Shown: positions 13,572 to 26,793, numbered from the stretch's first letter. The stretch is DNA of 64,000 nt from Camelus ferus (GCF_009834535.1 NC_045697.1:44270001-44334000); one strand, 5' to 3'. Notes: generated by a model not told the origin, from the sequence alone. Numbers and translations are program-made.

Positions 13572-13719
13572 GGGGAGGGTATAGCTCAGTGGTAGAGTGT
13601 GTGCCTAGCATGCATGGGGGCCTGGGTTCAATTCCCAGTACCTCCATTAAAATTTTTAAAAAATAAACCTAATTATGTCCCCATCTGAAAAAATTTTAAA
13701 AACTAAAGGTTAAAAAAAA
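13572..13719 (+). mobile_element. tRNA-derived SINE (vic-1-like)
   Basis: ggggagggtaTAGCTCAGTGGtagag...GGTTCAATTCccagtacctcc followed by an A-rich tail. Confidence 0.88.
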
Positions 13720-13722
13720 TAC

Positions 13723-14080
13723 TGTCAGTCTGTTTGGGCTGCTATGACAAAAATAAAGTTCTATAGACTGGCTGTCTCACACAACAAACATTTACTTCTC
13801 AGTTGTGGAGGCTGGGAAGCCCAAGATCAAGGTGCCGGCAGATCCGGTGTCTGGTGAGGGCCCTCTACCCGGTTCATAGATGGCTGTGTTCTTGCTGTGT
13901 CCTCACACAGCAGAAGGGGCAAGGGAGCTCTCTGGGGTCACTTTCATAAGGACCCTAATCCCTCTCACGAGGGCTCCACGCTCATGACCTCATCACCTCC
14001 CAAAGGCCATCACTGCATGAGGATTAAGTTTCAACATGTGAATTTTGGGGAGGTGGGACACAAACATTCAGTCTCTAGCA
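13723..14080 (-). mobile_element. MLT1A-like MaLR LTR
   Basis: tggaggctgggaagcccaagatcaaggtgccggcagat...acacaaacattcagtctctagca. Confidence 0.8.
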
Positions 14081-15464
14081 AGGACCTACATTTTGGATTA
14101 TTGGCTCAGTGTTCTTTGGGTTATATCTTGTTTGAAAGGGGCTGCAATGGTTCTCTGAAGTGTGAGTGGCCACTCATGTCCTTTGGTCACTATTCAGCCT
14201 AGACAGCGTGGAGACTCAAAATCCAAAATGAGACTTCAAATCACTGAATGAAAGGAAGAGAGCTTCCATGATACACAAAGATAGTGCAGCCTTTGGGCAT
14301 TTTCACGTTCAAGAAGTCAGCTTTACCAGTGGCACCAGTCAGGCCACGTGGAGCAGACAGATTCCTTAAGGAATAAGTCCTTGCACTTAGGGGTGGGAGC
14401 TGGAGTGGTGGGTCCCCTTGTCAGCAGCCTTTCACCTGGTCTCAGTCCTTGCTGCCCTAGGCTGAGTGGGGGGCTTCCTGAGAAACAGAAAGCTGCCCAG
14501 CTCGTTGTCCACTTCAGCGTCACACCTTAGAGAATCCCCCTCCTGGGCAGGGTTCCCTCTGCGGTCCTCTGTGGTCCTCTGTGGTCCTCTGAAGGCAACA
14601 GTCCCTGTTCTAGTTTCAGGGGCCGGGGTTTGCCACTGATTCCACTCACTCCCGGAGCAAAGTTGCAAACAGACTCAGCTGGGAGAGTTGCCCCAGACAT
14701 TCAAATGTGTAAATGGCAGAGACCCAGGATTTACACCAGCACTGATGCTGCAGTTGATTGAGCAACTGTGCTTGGCCATCCTAATGACAGCTTAGCAAAG
14801 AAAAGCTTGCCAGAGAGCTTTCCATTACACAGTCTAATAAAAGAGCAAAGATAGTGGCATTGAGGGTAACAGGAAAGCAACACATTTCAAGCTATAGTTC
14901 CAGACTTTTCTCTAAAAGGTCGTTTTACCAAGGCTGTTACAAAAAGTAGTTAACTGGATGACTTCAGGTTTCGCTCTCCTGTCAAGTCGTGAGCAATGAA
15001 AAGGCAGGCATATGGAGGTGAGGGAGAGAAGCGAGCTAGTGGTGTCTCATTTAGACCGTGGCTATTTGGGCCCCTGCCCTGGGTCCTGTGCCTTCAGGGC
15101 CGTGCTTCTCCCCACTGGGTGAGGAGATCACAGGGCGAGGGGGCATGCCACCTGCAACCTTCTGCTTCTAGACCATGCCTTAGGGTGGAATTCCCTGCCC
15201 AAACGGCTCTGAGCTCACTTTCAGAACCTACACCAGCCTCTCCCAGGCTCTGACCTCCTAGCGGGAAGTGTGTGTGCGCCCTAGTCCAGAAGAGTGGCCA
15301 GTGGACAGTGTTAGCTTAGGGATGAGCTTGGACGTCCACGAAGAGCGGACAGAGCTGGGGTGGGATGAGGAGGGATTGGGCCACAGGCTGGGGGCCTCCA
15401 CCTCTGCTCTTGGCAGGGACCCTACAAATGTTGGGGGTGAGCCTAGAAGGGCCTACGGAGAAGG

Positions 15465-15910
15465 CTGACAGTGGGTCTATCAGCTGGGAATTGTATTTAG
15501 GCTTAAACAAGATAGAAATTTGTTTCTCTCGCACATAAATAACTGAAGGTCTAGGTTATGGCAGCAGCACAGAACTGAATTTTCTTTGCTTTCTGCTCCC
15601 CCATCCTTAGCCTGTGACTTTCATTCTTTCATTTTAAGGTCCAAGGTAGCCACGAGAGCTCCACCCAGAAGGAAGGTGGGGGTGGGGTAGGGGTAACACT
15701 GCTCAGTCAAGTCAGTTTCCTATAAGGAGCTTCTCCAGAACACACACAGCCTATCCACTTACTTCTCATTAACTGTATTTGTGCTCAAGGGAAATTGGGA
15801 AGTGCAGTCTCTTGGTTGGTGCATTGCACCCCTGAATGAAATCCTGGTTTTCTTTCTTTGGAAGAAAGCGTGAAGTGATATGGGGTAAGCAATTAGCAGC
15901 CTCTGCCATA
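15465..15910. mobile_element. Old MLT1-type MaLR LTR, degenerate
   Basis: ggcttaaacaagatagaaatttgtttctct...aattagcagcctctgccata. Confidence 0.5.
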
Positions 15911-17557
15911 GTTACTTAATCGTTCTGCCTCAAGCAAATGATTGGCCATTACAAATGAGTAGCCTGTCTGTCTCCATTCAGTCAGCAGAAACTGGAATCT
16001 CAGATCATTTTACTGAGATGGCAGAATGAGGAGAGAATTCAGAGGCTGTTGCTCCTATTCCCGTGGAATCCCATCTTAGAGAAGAAATTCCTCTAGAAGT
16101 AACATGCAGACGCTGTCAGGTGCATTTTATGCTGGCCTAGTCCAGACACAGGAAAAAAAGTTTCTTGATTCATCACCTAGATGATGGGATAAGCTAAGAG
16201 AAAATGGATGGAAAGATTCAGAAGAGGGGAGCACTTGTTTCAGTGCCCTGGAAAGAGGTGAAAATACACAAATCTTGCCATTCCAAGAGAAAAGGCACTT
16301 GAATGGCTAGAACCTTTTTGAGGTCTGTTTCACCTCAATTTGTCCCCTGATCTGTTATCATTAGTCTTTTTTTTTTTCTTTTTCAAGGACAAGCACCACA
16401 TTTCTGTCACCTTTTTATGACTTTGTGTCAGTCCTGCCTATCTAAACCCTAAGTGTATTTCTCGGTTGGTGACTGTCACATAGCCAGGGCAGAGCAGCCA
16501 GACAAGCCTACAACTGACTCATCTTCACTTCTCTACCCCTACAGCTTCATCTTTCACCTGGGGGATCCCCTAGTGGGGTGGGATGAGTCATCTGGGGATT
16601 TACAACCAACTTGACTCCCTCTCCATTGACTAAATCCATTGCTCTTTGATCCTGGTTTCATGTTGGATCTTGGGGAGTTTCTCTCTACTCTGAGTTCATT
16701 TTCCCTGGGCCCTACTCTACTGATTGCTAACAATTCTTGTCTAGATTAATGACTTTGAATAGCTGGGCACATTCAAGGCCTTGGTTGGGTAGTTGTCTTT
16801 TGTGGAAAACGCTATAGACATAATCCCCAAAGGACAGACCCTGGATGATGAGACAGTCAAAATATCCAAACCTATGGGTAACATGTGGGGACAGGCGTGG
16901 AGGCAGGGCCTTTCAAGCACAACTAGCCCCTGCCACTCCCTTGCTTATCAATCACCTTTGGCTTGACCGCTGCTTGTTTCTCTTCGTGTCCTTGATGGTC
17001 CTAAAACAGTGGAACCAAACTATCTCCAGGGTGAGCATGAGTCAGCCATGCTCTACGCAGAGCCCAGCTCTTTGGCATCCTCTCTGCCCACTCACACCAT
17101 GATAATAGAAGCCATGAGGCACACGGCGTTTCTCAGGGGATCCAGCTTCCTTTTCTTTGCTGTGTGTATCCCTTTTCATTCAACAACTGTGTTCTGAGTG
17201 CCCACTCTATACCACGCACTGTTCTAGGTGCTGGGGATGGAACAGTGAACAATAGAACCAGGTTCTGGAGAGTACCTGCTCTTTCTTTCTAGAGCCTCTG
17301 ACTGGGTTTGGGGATGTGAGAGAGAAGCCCCGCCAGGCATCTGACTGGACCTCTCTCCCCATGGATGCCTTTGCTGCTCGAAGCTGTTTTTGGTTCACTC
17401 CCTCTTGTTGATTTACCTCTTTCTGTCTCTGCTGTCTTTGTCTCTTCACCTGCTAGCAGGCTTTGTTCCTCCCCGTGCCCTGCTCTGCACAGGGACATTT
17501 TTCCTCCCGTCACACGGTGTTCTCCATGCCTTGATGGTCTTCTCCCCATCTTCTTGA

Positions 17558-18100
17558 TTTTTTAATTCATTTATTTATTTTTTATTGAAATATAGTTACT
17601 ATACAATATTATATATATTACAGGCACATGATATAGTGATCCACAGTGTTTAAAAGTTATATCCCATTTATAGCTATTGTAAAATATTGGCTATATTCCT
17701 CATATTGTACAGTATATCCTTGTGGTTTATTTTATACATAATAGTTTGTACCTCTTAATCCCCTACCCCTGCCTTGCCCCTGTCCCCACTGGTAACCACT
17801 GGTTTGTTCTCTATATCTGCAAGTCTGTTTCTTTTTTTGTTTATATTCACTAGTTTGTTGTATTTTTTAGATTCCACATATATGATTCCATATATCATAC
17901 AGTATTTCTCTGTCTGACTTAATTTCACATAGCATAATGCCCTCCAAGCCCATCCATGTTGCTACAAATAGCAAAGTTTCGTTCTTCTTCATGGCTGAGT
18001 AGTATTCCAGTGGGTTGTTTGTGTGTGTGTGTGTGTGTGTATCTACCACATCTGTTTTATCCATTCATCTACTGATGGACACTTAGGCTGCTTCCATATC
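17558..18100 (-). mobile_element. 5'-truncated L1 (end of ORF2 plus 3' UTR)
   Basis: Minus-strand peptide LEYYSAMKKNETLLFVATWMGLEGIMLCEIK resembles the L1 ORF2 C-terminus. Confidence 0.88.
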
Positions 18101-18838
18101 ACAAAAACCACTTAGCTTTTTGCTCAGGCAAACTCTTTTCTTTTCCTTGACAGAGAGATGACAGTTCTTTGTCCTCTTGTATTCTCTCCTCCATTTTCTT
18201 GCTCTGATTTATTTTTTTCATATGTTCCTTGTGTATGTAAACATTCTGTCCCCTTGAATCTTCTCTTCTATTTTTGAGGAACATCTTACCTTTGGTTAAC
18301 AGCTTGAGCCCTGGAATCTTCTCTCACACACTGCCCTCACTTTATATGGTAACATCTTCTCCTGGTTCTATAAAAGTTCTGACAAAGAAATAAATTTTTC
18401 TTTGAATAATTTTCTCTGCATCCAGCTGTAGTTGGCAGGAATTAAAATTCTGAATTTCTGAGGCCCAAGGACTTGATACAAATCAACGAAAGAGGTGGGA
18501 GCTGTGTTTATTTAGATCCCTTTTGTTAAAAGTCAGTAGAAGAGGTAAACTATCCCTTAGCTACACATAGTAAACTTTTGGCCTGTCTAAAGAGACTTTG
18601 CTGTGGCCAAGCAGCTGAACAATACTGTGGGATACAGGACAGAGATGATTCAATATTGAGGTGGCAGCATCAACACCAAAATTTCCCTATTTTAGTGACT
18701 AAAAATTTGGGCAGGGGAGAAACCAGTGTGGCACATAATTCAAGAACTCATTTTGACTTTTAAAAAATTTCCAAGTCAAAATGCCATTTGTTTGCCTCTC
18801 TCAGAGGTACTTTTCCTAGTAGGACTTTGGGAGATCTT

Positions 18839-18862
18839 GTGTGTGTGTGTGTGTGTGTGTGT
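18839..18862. repeat. (GT)12 microsatellite
   Basis: Read directly from the sequence. Confidence 0.95.
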
Positions 18863-19509
18863 GAAAATACATCAGCTGCACTAGTATCATTTTTCCTTCC
18901 CCACATTGATCATCCATTTCTATATGTGAAATTCCCCTGGCAACGTGAGGAGACAACTTCTCAAATGTCTGCCATCTGAATGCTTCAGTCACAAGCATGT
19001 TAGACATATTAATCAATAGATGTCAATGGATTCTGAAACTGCTGTTAGGAAAATGTTAGCTTCACTGTGATGGCAATAAAGGCATCTTCACGTCAGTAGC
19101 CAAGAATAGCTGTCATTTACTAACTACCCACTATGTACTTACATTATATCTTTATATACATTATCTCTGATCTTTTCAGTAACGCTGTCATGTAGACTGG
19201 CACCTGGATTCCGAAATGGAATTCTAAAGATTCTGGTTCCCCACGGTCTTGATTAACCAAATCAAAAGAGAATAGCATATGTTTGCACTAAATTATTCTT
19301 TGTCTAGTAAAATACTACTTTACTACCAAAGCTTAGAAGGAATCTTAGCTAATTTTAGTGTAAAATTTAAATAATTACATAGACGTCAAAGCAAGGTTAG
19401 TTTGACATTTGAAGGGTTAGATTGACAAAATGAAAGACATTTTGGTGCAAAGAGATATCATTCTCACTAATATTTAGATGTTATCAATTCTGGGCTCTCT
19501 TTCCTTTCT

Positions 19510-19685
19510 TTTTTATTTATAATTTTTTTAATTAAAGTATATTCAATTTACAATGTTGTATCAATCTCTGGTGTACAGTGTATTGTCCCAGTCATATATA
19601 TATATATATATAACTGAGTCACTACGCTGTATACCAGAAATTAACACAATATTATAAATTGACTATACTTCAATAATAAAGTAAT
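19510..19685. mobile_element. Two L1 3'-end fragments joined head-to-head through (TA)n
   Basis: The left arm is an antisense L1 tail and the right arm a sense L1 tail. The arms are imperfect reverse complements of each other. Confidence 0.75.
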
Positions 19686-19930
19686 ATAAGAAGTTCATTG
19701 CAGAAAATTCAGAAAATACAAATAAGCTTTACAAAGAATAAAATAATTTGCAACCCTTCCACTTTGAAAAAAATTAGTTAAAATTTTGATAAATAACTTC
19801 CTAAAGTTTTTTTAATGAATCATACGATGCTTTCTTTCTACAAAAATATATTCATACTCTATATACTATTTTAAACTGATTAAAATTTTTATAACATATT
19901 TAATATTCACCTTCATTATTTCATTTCCAG

Positions 19931-19934
<4 letters not shown>

Positions 19935-19972
<38 letters not shown>
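19935..19972. repeat. (GT)19 microsatellite
   Basis: Read directly from the sequence. Confidence 0.97.
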
Positions 19973-19975
<3 letters not shown>

Positions 19976-19989
19976 TATCCTAATTTCCA

Positions 19990-22170
19990 CTTGAAGTCAT
20001 TCTTCTGCCGAAAGTTCTTCCTTTACCATTTCTTGGAGCACGGTTCTATTGCCAATAAATTATCAGGTTTTGTTTGTCTGAAGGTCTTTATTTTACCTTC
20101 ATCTTTGAAAGGCATTTTTACTGGACATAAAATTCTGGATTGGCAGGGTTTTTTTCTTTCAGTATGATAAGATGTCAATCTCTTGTCTAATGCCTCACAT
20201 GTTATCGGAGAATCTGCTAGGATTCTTAGCATTATTCCTCTGCATGTAATGTTTCTTTTTCTTGCTGCCTTCAAGAGTTTTATTTTTATTTTTGGTTTTA
20301 AGCAATTTGACTCTGATGTGTCTAGGTTTGGGTTTTTGTGGGGGCATGGGGCAGGGAAGGTGTCAACCTGTTTGGGATTCTTTGGGCTTCTTGGAACTGT
20401 GACTTAGTTGTCTCATTAATTTTCAAAATTCTTGATCATTATCTCTTTATATTATTTTTGGCCTTATTGTCTCTCTTCACAGATGTTTAACTGTTTGATA
20501 CTGTTTTTCAGCTCGTGGAGGTGCTGTTCAGTTTAATTCATTCCTTTTTATCCTTATATTTCACTTTGAATAATGTCTATTGCCATATCTTCAAGTTTAC
20601 AAATTCTTTCCTCAGCTATGTCTGGTCTACCAGTAAACCCATCAAAGAAATTAATTTCTGATACTGTTTTTTATGTAAAACATTTGCATTTGACACTTTT
20701 ATACCTTCTATCTCTTTACTGGAATTTCTTATCTGTTTATGCATATTGTCCACCTTTTCCACTAGATTCCTTTAACCTGTTAATTATAGTTATTTTAAGG
20801 TACCTATTGATTGCAGCATCTGGGTCATCTTTGAATTTAGTTCTGTTAATTACTTTATCTCTTGATACTTTTGTTTTCCTTGTGCTTCTGTGTGATTCAT
20901 AATCTTTAATTATATGCTAGACATCATGTCTAGAAGAACAGAGAGACTAAGGTAAATATCATCTACTCTTGAGAATAGGCACGTTAGTCTTCTTGCAGGT
21001 CATCAGTGTGAGGGGGGTGGCAGGGGGTGGAGGTTAAGTCAGTGAATCAGCAGTTGAGCTGAGGCTGGGTTTTGTTGTTGCTATGGTTACCTATAGTACA
21101 CCACATTCTTCAGTGGATGGCTGCTGCTACCGTGTGTGTAGAGTGGAGTCTGGGGTGCCAAAGGACTTTTCTAAGCATTTGTGCTTCCCCTCAGCTTTCA
21201 GCCATCTCCGCATACCTGCACCCAGAGTAGATCTCTCTTTGCACTCTTGCCCCTACCCCAAGGCTGGGGGATTGGCAGAGGCATCTGTTGTTTGTTTCTC
21301 TGGGCATGGCTTGTTGTAGGGGAATGGGGTTTCTTTGTCGTCCTGTCCCTATATCAGTCTTAGGCAAGCCCTGTGTGCCTGAACCTTGGGGTTAAGGTTT
21401 TCTGAGCATTCCTGCCTCTCCCCACAGTAGGAGATGTGCTCTGGAGCAGTGCAGGGTCCTGGGCATAAGCCAGTGGGGCAGAAGGTTTTTGCTTCCACCC
21501 TTTCCTCAGTAGCAATGGCTCTGCGCTTCTGTCTGGGGCGAGAGAGTTTCCTACTCCTCCCTCAGAGACAAGCAGGTTTTGCTTCTATTCTTCTCCCAGA
21601 AGCAATGGACTTTTCCCTGGTCCTAGGGGCCAGAGGGCTTTCTCCCCTCCCCCAGCAGTTGAAGACTTTTGGTGGTAAGAGAAGGCTCTGGGGAAGAAGG
21701 CGAGGCTGGCTTGTCTCCCAGCAGCAGCTGCGTGTCTGTATCACCTCATGCGTGTCTGTACAGTGGAGGAGGGCTTGCTCCAATAGCTTACTTTGCCTCT
21801 AAATTCTTTTGTGAACTCCCAGTGGAGGTTTGTAGAAAAGAGCTTGAGCGTGAGTGCAAACTCCCTTGAGTCTGAGGCTCTAAGCTATTCCACGTGGACA
21901 TACTAGCCCACACTTGGCCTTTAAGGGTGTGTTAAACTTTAAGCTGTTTACATGGTGGCCACTTCTTTGGCTTCTGCAAAAGTGAAGCAGCTCAGGGATG
22001 GACTTATCACTCTGGAATTCAATTCCCTTGGTTGCCCTTTGGCCTCAACTCCCTGATGGGCTCAAGAAAGGTGATGATTTTGTAATTTACCCAGCTTTTT
22101 CTCATCATTCACATGGGAACAACATTCTCTTAGGACTTTCCATATCCTAAGTAGAAGCAGAACTCTGCAT
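19990..22170 (-). mobile_element. Old L1M 5' region with ORF1 remnant
   Basis: Minus ORF 20023-20274 (MKAARKRNITCRGIMLRILADS...CQSRILCPVKMPFKDEGKIKTF) resembles the L1 ORF1p C-terminal region. Confidence 0.75.
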
Positions 22171-22353
22171 CCTATTTTATAATCTGCAGCTTCCATTTAA
22201 CAGAATACTGTGATGTCTTTCCAGTTTTAATGCCTGCTTAGTGTCTCATTGTGAAGATGTATCATAATTATTTCTGATAAACACTGAAGGATTTCCACTC
22301 CTTTAAAAAATTAGTTATAACAATGCTGTGATAAACAACTTAGTGCATAAATC

Positions 22354-22475
22354 TTTTTTGTGGGGAGAGGACAGTTAGATTTATTTGTTTATTTTTTTAT
22401 TGGAGGTACTGGGGATTGAACCCAGGACCTCATGCATGCTAGGCATGCACTCTACACTAAGCTATACCCTCCTCC
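22354..22475 (-). mobile_element. tRNA-derived SINE (vic-1-like)
   Basis: Same family, antisense. TSD AGTGCATAA(A/G)TCTT at 22342 and 22476. Confidence 0.88.
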
Positions 22476-22649
22476 AGTGCATAAGTCTTTGACCATAGCC
22501 ATGATACTTTCCTTTGGCTAAAGTTTAAGTCAGAATTGCTGAGTCAAATAATATGTAAAACCCTCAGCTTTTGATACTCATTGTCATAATGAATTTACAA
22601 ATCTTTGAGACTAAACGTGTTGATTTGTTCTTGGCCATTTTCCCTTTAA

Positions 22650-22722
22650 AAGAGACATACAGTGGTGTACACGAGAAATTAAGACAACATTGTAAACAAA
22701 CTATACTCCAATTTAAAAAAGA
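22650..22722 (+). mobile_element. Very short L1 3' tail
   Basis: tgtacacgagaaattaagacaacattgtaaacaaactatactccaatttaaaaaa flanked by aaaagagacataca and aaaagatataca. Confidence 0.6.
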
Positions 22723-23754
22723 TATACAATTATTTTCCCCACAACTATAAATCTACCATTGGCCAAATAACAAAGATACTGTCTCTTCATTTCTATCCCC
22801 ACTGTTTTTTTGTTGAAGAGAGAGATCTGACAAAATGAGGTGACAGAGCCTCCTTTTCTATCCAGCATCCTCTTGCCTCTCAGGGAACAAGAAGGTAAAT
22901 CAGTCACAAATGAATCTGATGTCTAGACAGGCAAATTAACACAGGGGGCATGTTACATATGTCTTGTTCTTACTCTCCTCAATGGTCTGAGCTGGGAGAT
23001 ATTACAGCACACGTAGTAATAGTCATTTTAGTGCTGTTTTGCATCATGCAAGACTCTCCTCTAGTGATTACTCCAGCCACTCTCCACATTTATCTGGCTA
23101 GTATTATGCTAGGAGGAGAGTAACGAAGGACAAATTGTTTAAACAAGAGGCATCTGAAGCCACCAGTGCATATTTTTAAGTAAGAAATAGGCTAGTTAAC
23201 TGTAAGCAGATCCATTACTTACTATCCAATCTGTAGTTCTTGCCATGAAATGATTTGCAGAGTCAGTGTCCTTGTGACAGCTATTTTGTGAAAATTTTGA
23301 ATGATGCTGAACCCCTTTTTAAAACTGGAAAAGTGTGATGCATACATATTTGTGAAATCCAAGTACATTTTTCTCTCTTACTGATGCAAAATGCTGATGG
23401 TAATGGATTATGGAGACCCCTTGTCTGTTGACAGTTGAAGTAAAAATATTGTCTTAAGTAATGAATTTGTTGATAGCTGTTCCATTACCCAAATTGAATG
23501 TTTAGATTAGTCACATAGAGGCTGTCATGTCAGAGCTACCAGGGAGCTTTTCCTTTGACATATTTATTCTAATTCCTCAGTCCCCATCTCACTGTGCTAT
23601 AGCCTATTGAATGTGTCATAGAATGATTAAGTTGGGGCATATGAGGTTTTGTTATTGACACAATTTACACAGTTACACTGGAGAAATTAAACCCTTGCTG
23701 AATGAACCTGGATTGAATTCTCAGCCATTTTCTCTATTCTTTATTGGTACAAAG

Positions 23755-23952
23755 GACAGAGACTTGTCCAGAGACAAGGGAGGGCTCTCAACCGTGAGGC
23801 CGCACTGCAAGATGCTTTGTGAATTGCATCAAGGATGCATCTTGAAAAGTGACCCTCATGTGCTGTGTGGCTTTGTTACGTACTCGCCGAGCCACTCCAA
23901 ACAGTGCTTCTTGATGCCCGACGCTCCTTCTATGTCCCTGGGGGTATTTTGA
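23755..23952 (+). other. Putative homologue of the human SCD5 isoform-b alternative terminal exon, frameshifted
   Basis: Polypyrimidine tract then AG at 23753-23754. Peptide fragments in different frames (QGRALNREAA, CKMLCELHQGCILK, KVTL, HSKQCFLM...SMSLGVF*) resemble my recollection of the human isoform-b C-terminus. Confidence 0.6.
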
Positions 23953-25248
23953 AGGTCAGAAGAGAGACACACAACAGTGGGACTTGATGAAATTACATAA
24001 CATAATACTCGTAACAACATATATATTGTATGTATTGATGAGTCTATCCCTCTGTCACGACATCCTTCAGTAAATATTTATAGTTTTGTAAATACAGATT
24101 TTGTGTGTTCCTTGTTCAGTTCATTCTTAGACATTCTGTAATTTTTGCTGTTATTGTTAACAGGAATCACTGAATTTTTATTTCAGGGACCCAGAGTGGT
24201 TGCCCAGACATCTTAACTTACCTTCCTAAATATCCCAGGTGAATTGCAGGAACTGTCAAGTTGCCCAGGCTTTTCGCAAAAGGATGCCCAAAGGCGAGCT
24301 GGCAGGAGGTAGAGGGCGCCAACTCCGAACCATCATCCAGATGGCTGGCTTCATCAGCCTTAGAAATTAAAAATTCACCCTCCTTCCCTCCTTGCTTTCC
24401 TTAAAGAAATGCTTTCATGCATTCAGAAAATTTAAAAAGGAAGGAAGGCAGGAAGGAGAGCACAGACTAATATTCTGTTCCTGGGAAGCATACCCAACTG
24501 CAAAGGGTGTTCTAGGCCAAATTCTTCATCTAAAATACTGAAATCACAAAGATTGAAAAGGATGAATTCCCAGTGAAAGACCAAAGAAATGACAGTCAGC
24601 CCACCAGCTGAGGAAACCCGTGTCAGAAATCAGCTTTGAACTGTCTCCCTGTCCAAGTCACTTATTTCTTTGCACACTGCCTATTTTCATATAAAACAAT
24701 AACAGATCTGTCACACAGATACAAAGAATCTTAGCACTGAGATAATGTGATTTGTCCAAACACACTCATTGACTCAACTGAAGTGTGCTATCTCTTCTGA
24801 CATCTGGCTTTCTCTCATAAACCTACTCTTATCTTGTCTTTCATTTCAAAGGAAAGAAAAACAGTTACTCAGACATCCTAACTATTAAGAGATTTAGATA
24901 AACCCCATATATATTCTTTTTCAAGATAAATACATAGGCTTTCAAATTCTGCCCAACTCAGAATCTGGATTTTTAGGATAATGAAAAATGTCATTAACAA
25001 ACCATCAGAGAGCCAGTATTTGCTCTAAATGGACTGAGAAAGCAGCACCTCATATGTGACTATAATAACTAATATTTCAAGGCAAGAATGAGATATTAAG
25101 TGTCTCAGAATCCCAGGTGGTAGTGAGGGAATTTCTGGATCCTGCAAGTCAAGTGTTTACAGAGAAAAAGGAATAGAAATTAGGAAAGACCTTCTAGTAG
25201 GGGTGCTCAGGCAGAGAGAGATGTTTAAAACTGTGATAGCTGTATTTA

Positions 25249-25808
25249 TGTTTTTATTGGTGTATAGTTGATTTACAGTGTTGTATTAGTTTCTAGTATA
25301 TAGCATAGTGATTCAGTTGTGTATATATATTCTTTTTCATATTTTTTCATTATAGGTTATTACAAGCTATTGAATATAGTTCCCTGTGCTATACAGTAGG
25401 ACCTGGTTGTTTATTTTTCTGTATATAGTAGTTTGTATCTGCTAATCCCAAACTCCTAATTTATCCATCCCTCCTCTTTCCCTCCTGGTAACCATAAATT
25501 TGCTTTCTATGTCTATGTCTGTTTCTATTTTATAAATAAGTTTATTTGTGTCATTTTTTTTAAGATTCTACATATAAGCGATATCATGTGGTATTTGTCT
25601 TTCTCTGATTTACTTCACTTGGTATGCTCATCTCCAGGTCCATCCATGTTGCTGCAAATGGCATTATTTCATTATTTTTTATGGATGAGTAGTATTCCAT
25701 TGTATAAATACACCACATCTTCTTTATCCAGTCATCTGTGGATGGACGTTTAGGTTGCTTCCATGTCCTGGCTGTTGTAAATAGTGCTGCTGTGAACACT
25801 GGGGTGCA
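25249..25808 (-). mobile_element. 5'-truncated L1 with 17-bp TSD
   Basis: TSD TGTGATAGCTGTATTTA at 25232-25248 and 25809-25825. ORF2 C-terminal peptide CTPVFTAALFTTARTWKQPKRPSTDDWIKKMWCIYTMEYYSSIK. Confidence 0.92.
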
Positions 25809-26793
25809 TGTGATAGCTGTATTTAATATGCAAACATAATTTTTTTCTCTGTGCCGTTTGTGTTTTTGCTTATTATTATCTGCATGACTACCAAGAAATG
25901 AGAAGGGAGAAAAGCTAAGATTTAAACCCTTCAAATTTTGTATTGAAAGGTTGGGTCCCAGTAGTCTTGGAAGAAGGAATAATTAACATGTGGCCTGAGG
26001 TCCTTCTCTTCCAGTTGTCATCAGTGCTTAATATGTCTCTCCTCCTCCATTATTCAGGATGACTATGAGCTGACACTGCCTGGCACATGGGTACAAAAAC
26101 ATTTACTTTTAGGTGACTCCCTCAAGTCCTCATTCTGAATCTTTTTGCTCATAAGAAAACGAAGTCCTAGGCTCAATTGTCTTGTTTCGAGCCTACATCT
26201 AATCTTAAAATAACAATAGTAGCTTCCAGTTGTTATTTTTTCACTATCTCTGTAACATTTTCTACCACACTGATTTCAGTGTATTGAGTGCCTACCATGC
26301 CCCAGACTCAATCTCTGTGCATATAATTCATGTCTCTCATATCTTAACATGTAATGAGGTCTGAAGCTCTGAGAAATTGACTCAGGAATATTTGTAAATG
26401 GTAGAGCAGGAATTCAGTCGAACTCTGTCCTAATCCAAAGCATATGCTCTTTCCACTAAACTATGTTGTAATAATATTCATGGAGAATATTATCTTTCTA
26501 TTTCTTCTACTTCATCCTGTTGCTACTCACTTTGCTTGGGTATTTTCTATTTATTGTGGTTCTGAGTTATTCAGAATAAGAAAGTCTGCTTACCTGTGAG
26601 CCAGAGTCGTCCCCTGCTTAAAATCTTTTCACGGCTTCCCCTGGGGGAAAGTGACAGCTGTCACCTCCGTGACCTGGCCTGCTTCCCTCGTCTTTGGTAC
26701 TTCCCACCTTGCTCCACACTCTTGGGCCGTTCCCCTCCCACTGCTGGCTGTTCCCTGACCCTGGGCCTCTGCTTCTGCTTTTTCCCTGGCCTG

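Noticed and set aside
13572..13645. tRNA-like sequences with A and B boxes (also at 272, 22354, 27594, 31313, 41421, 55787)
   Set aside because: They have A-rich tails, TSDs, a shared non-tRNA 3' domain and mutually diverged stems. They are SINE heads, not tRNA genes.
24303..24322. CTCF-like AGAGGGCGC core, and a similar one on the minus strand near 34970-34988
   Set aside because: Both lack the conserved CC positions in the 5' half of the motif.
25584..25934. ORF with clear protein homology
   Set aside because: It is the L1 ORF2 C-terminal remnant of a truncated insertion, not a host gene.
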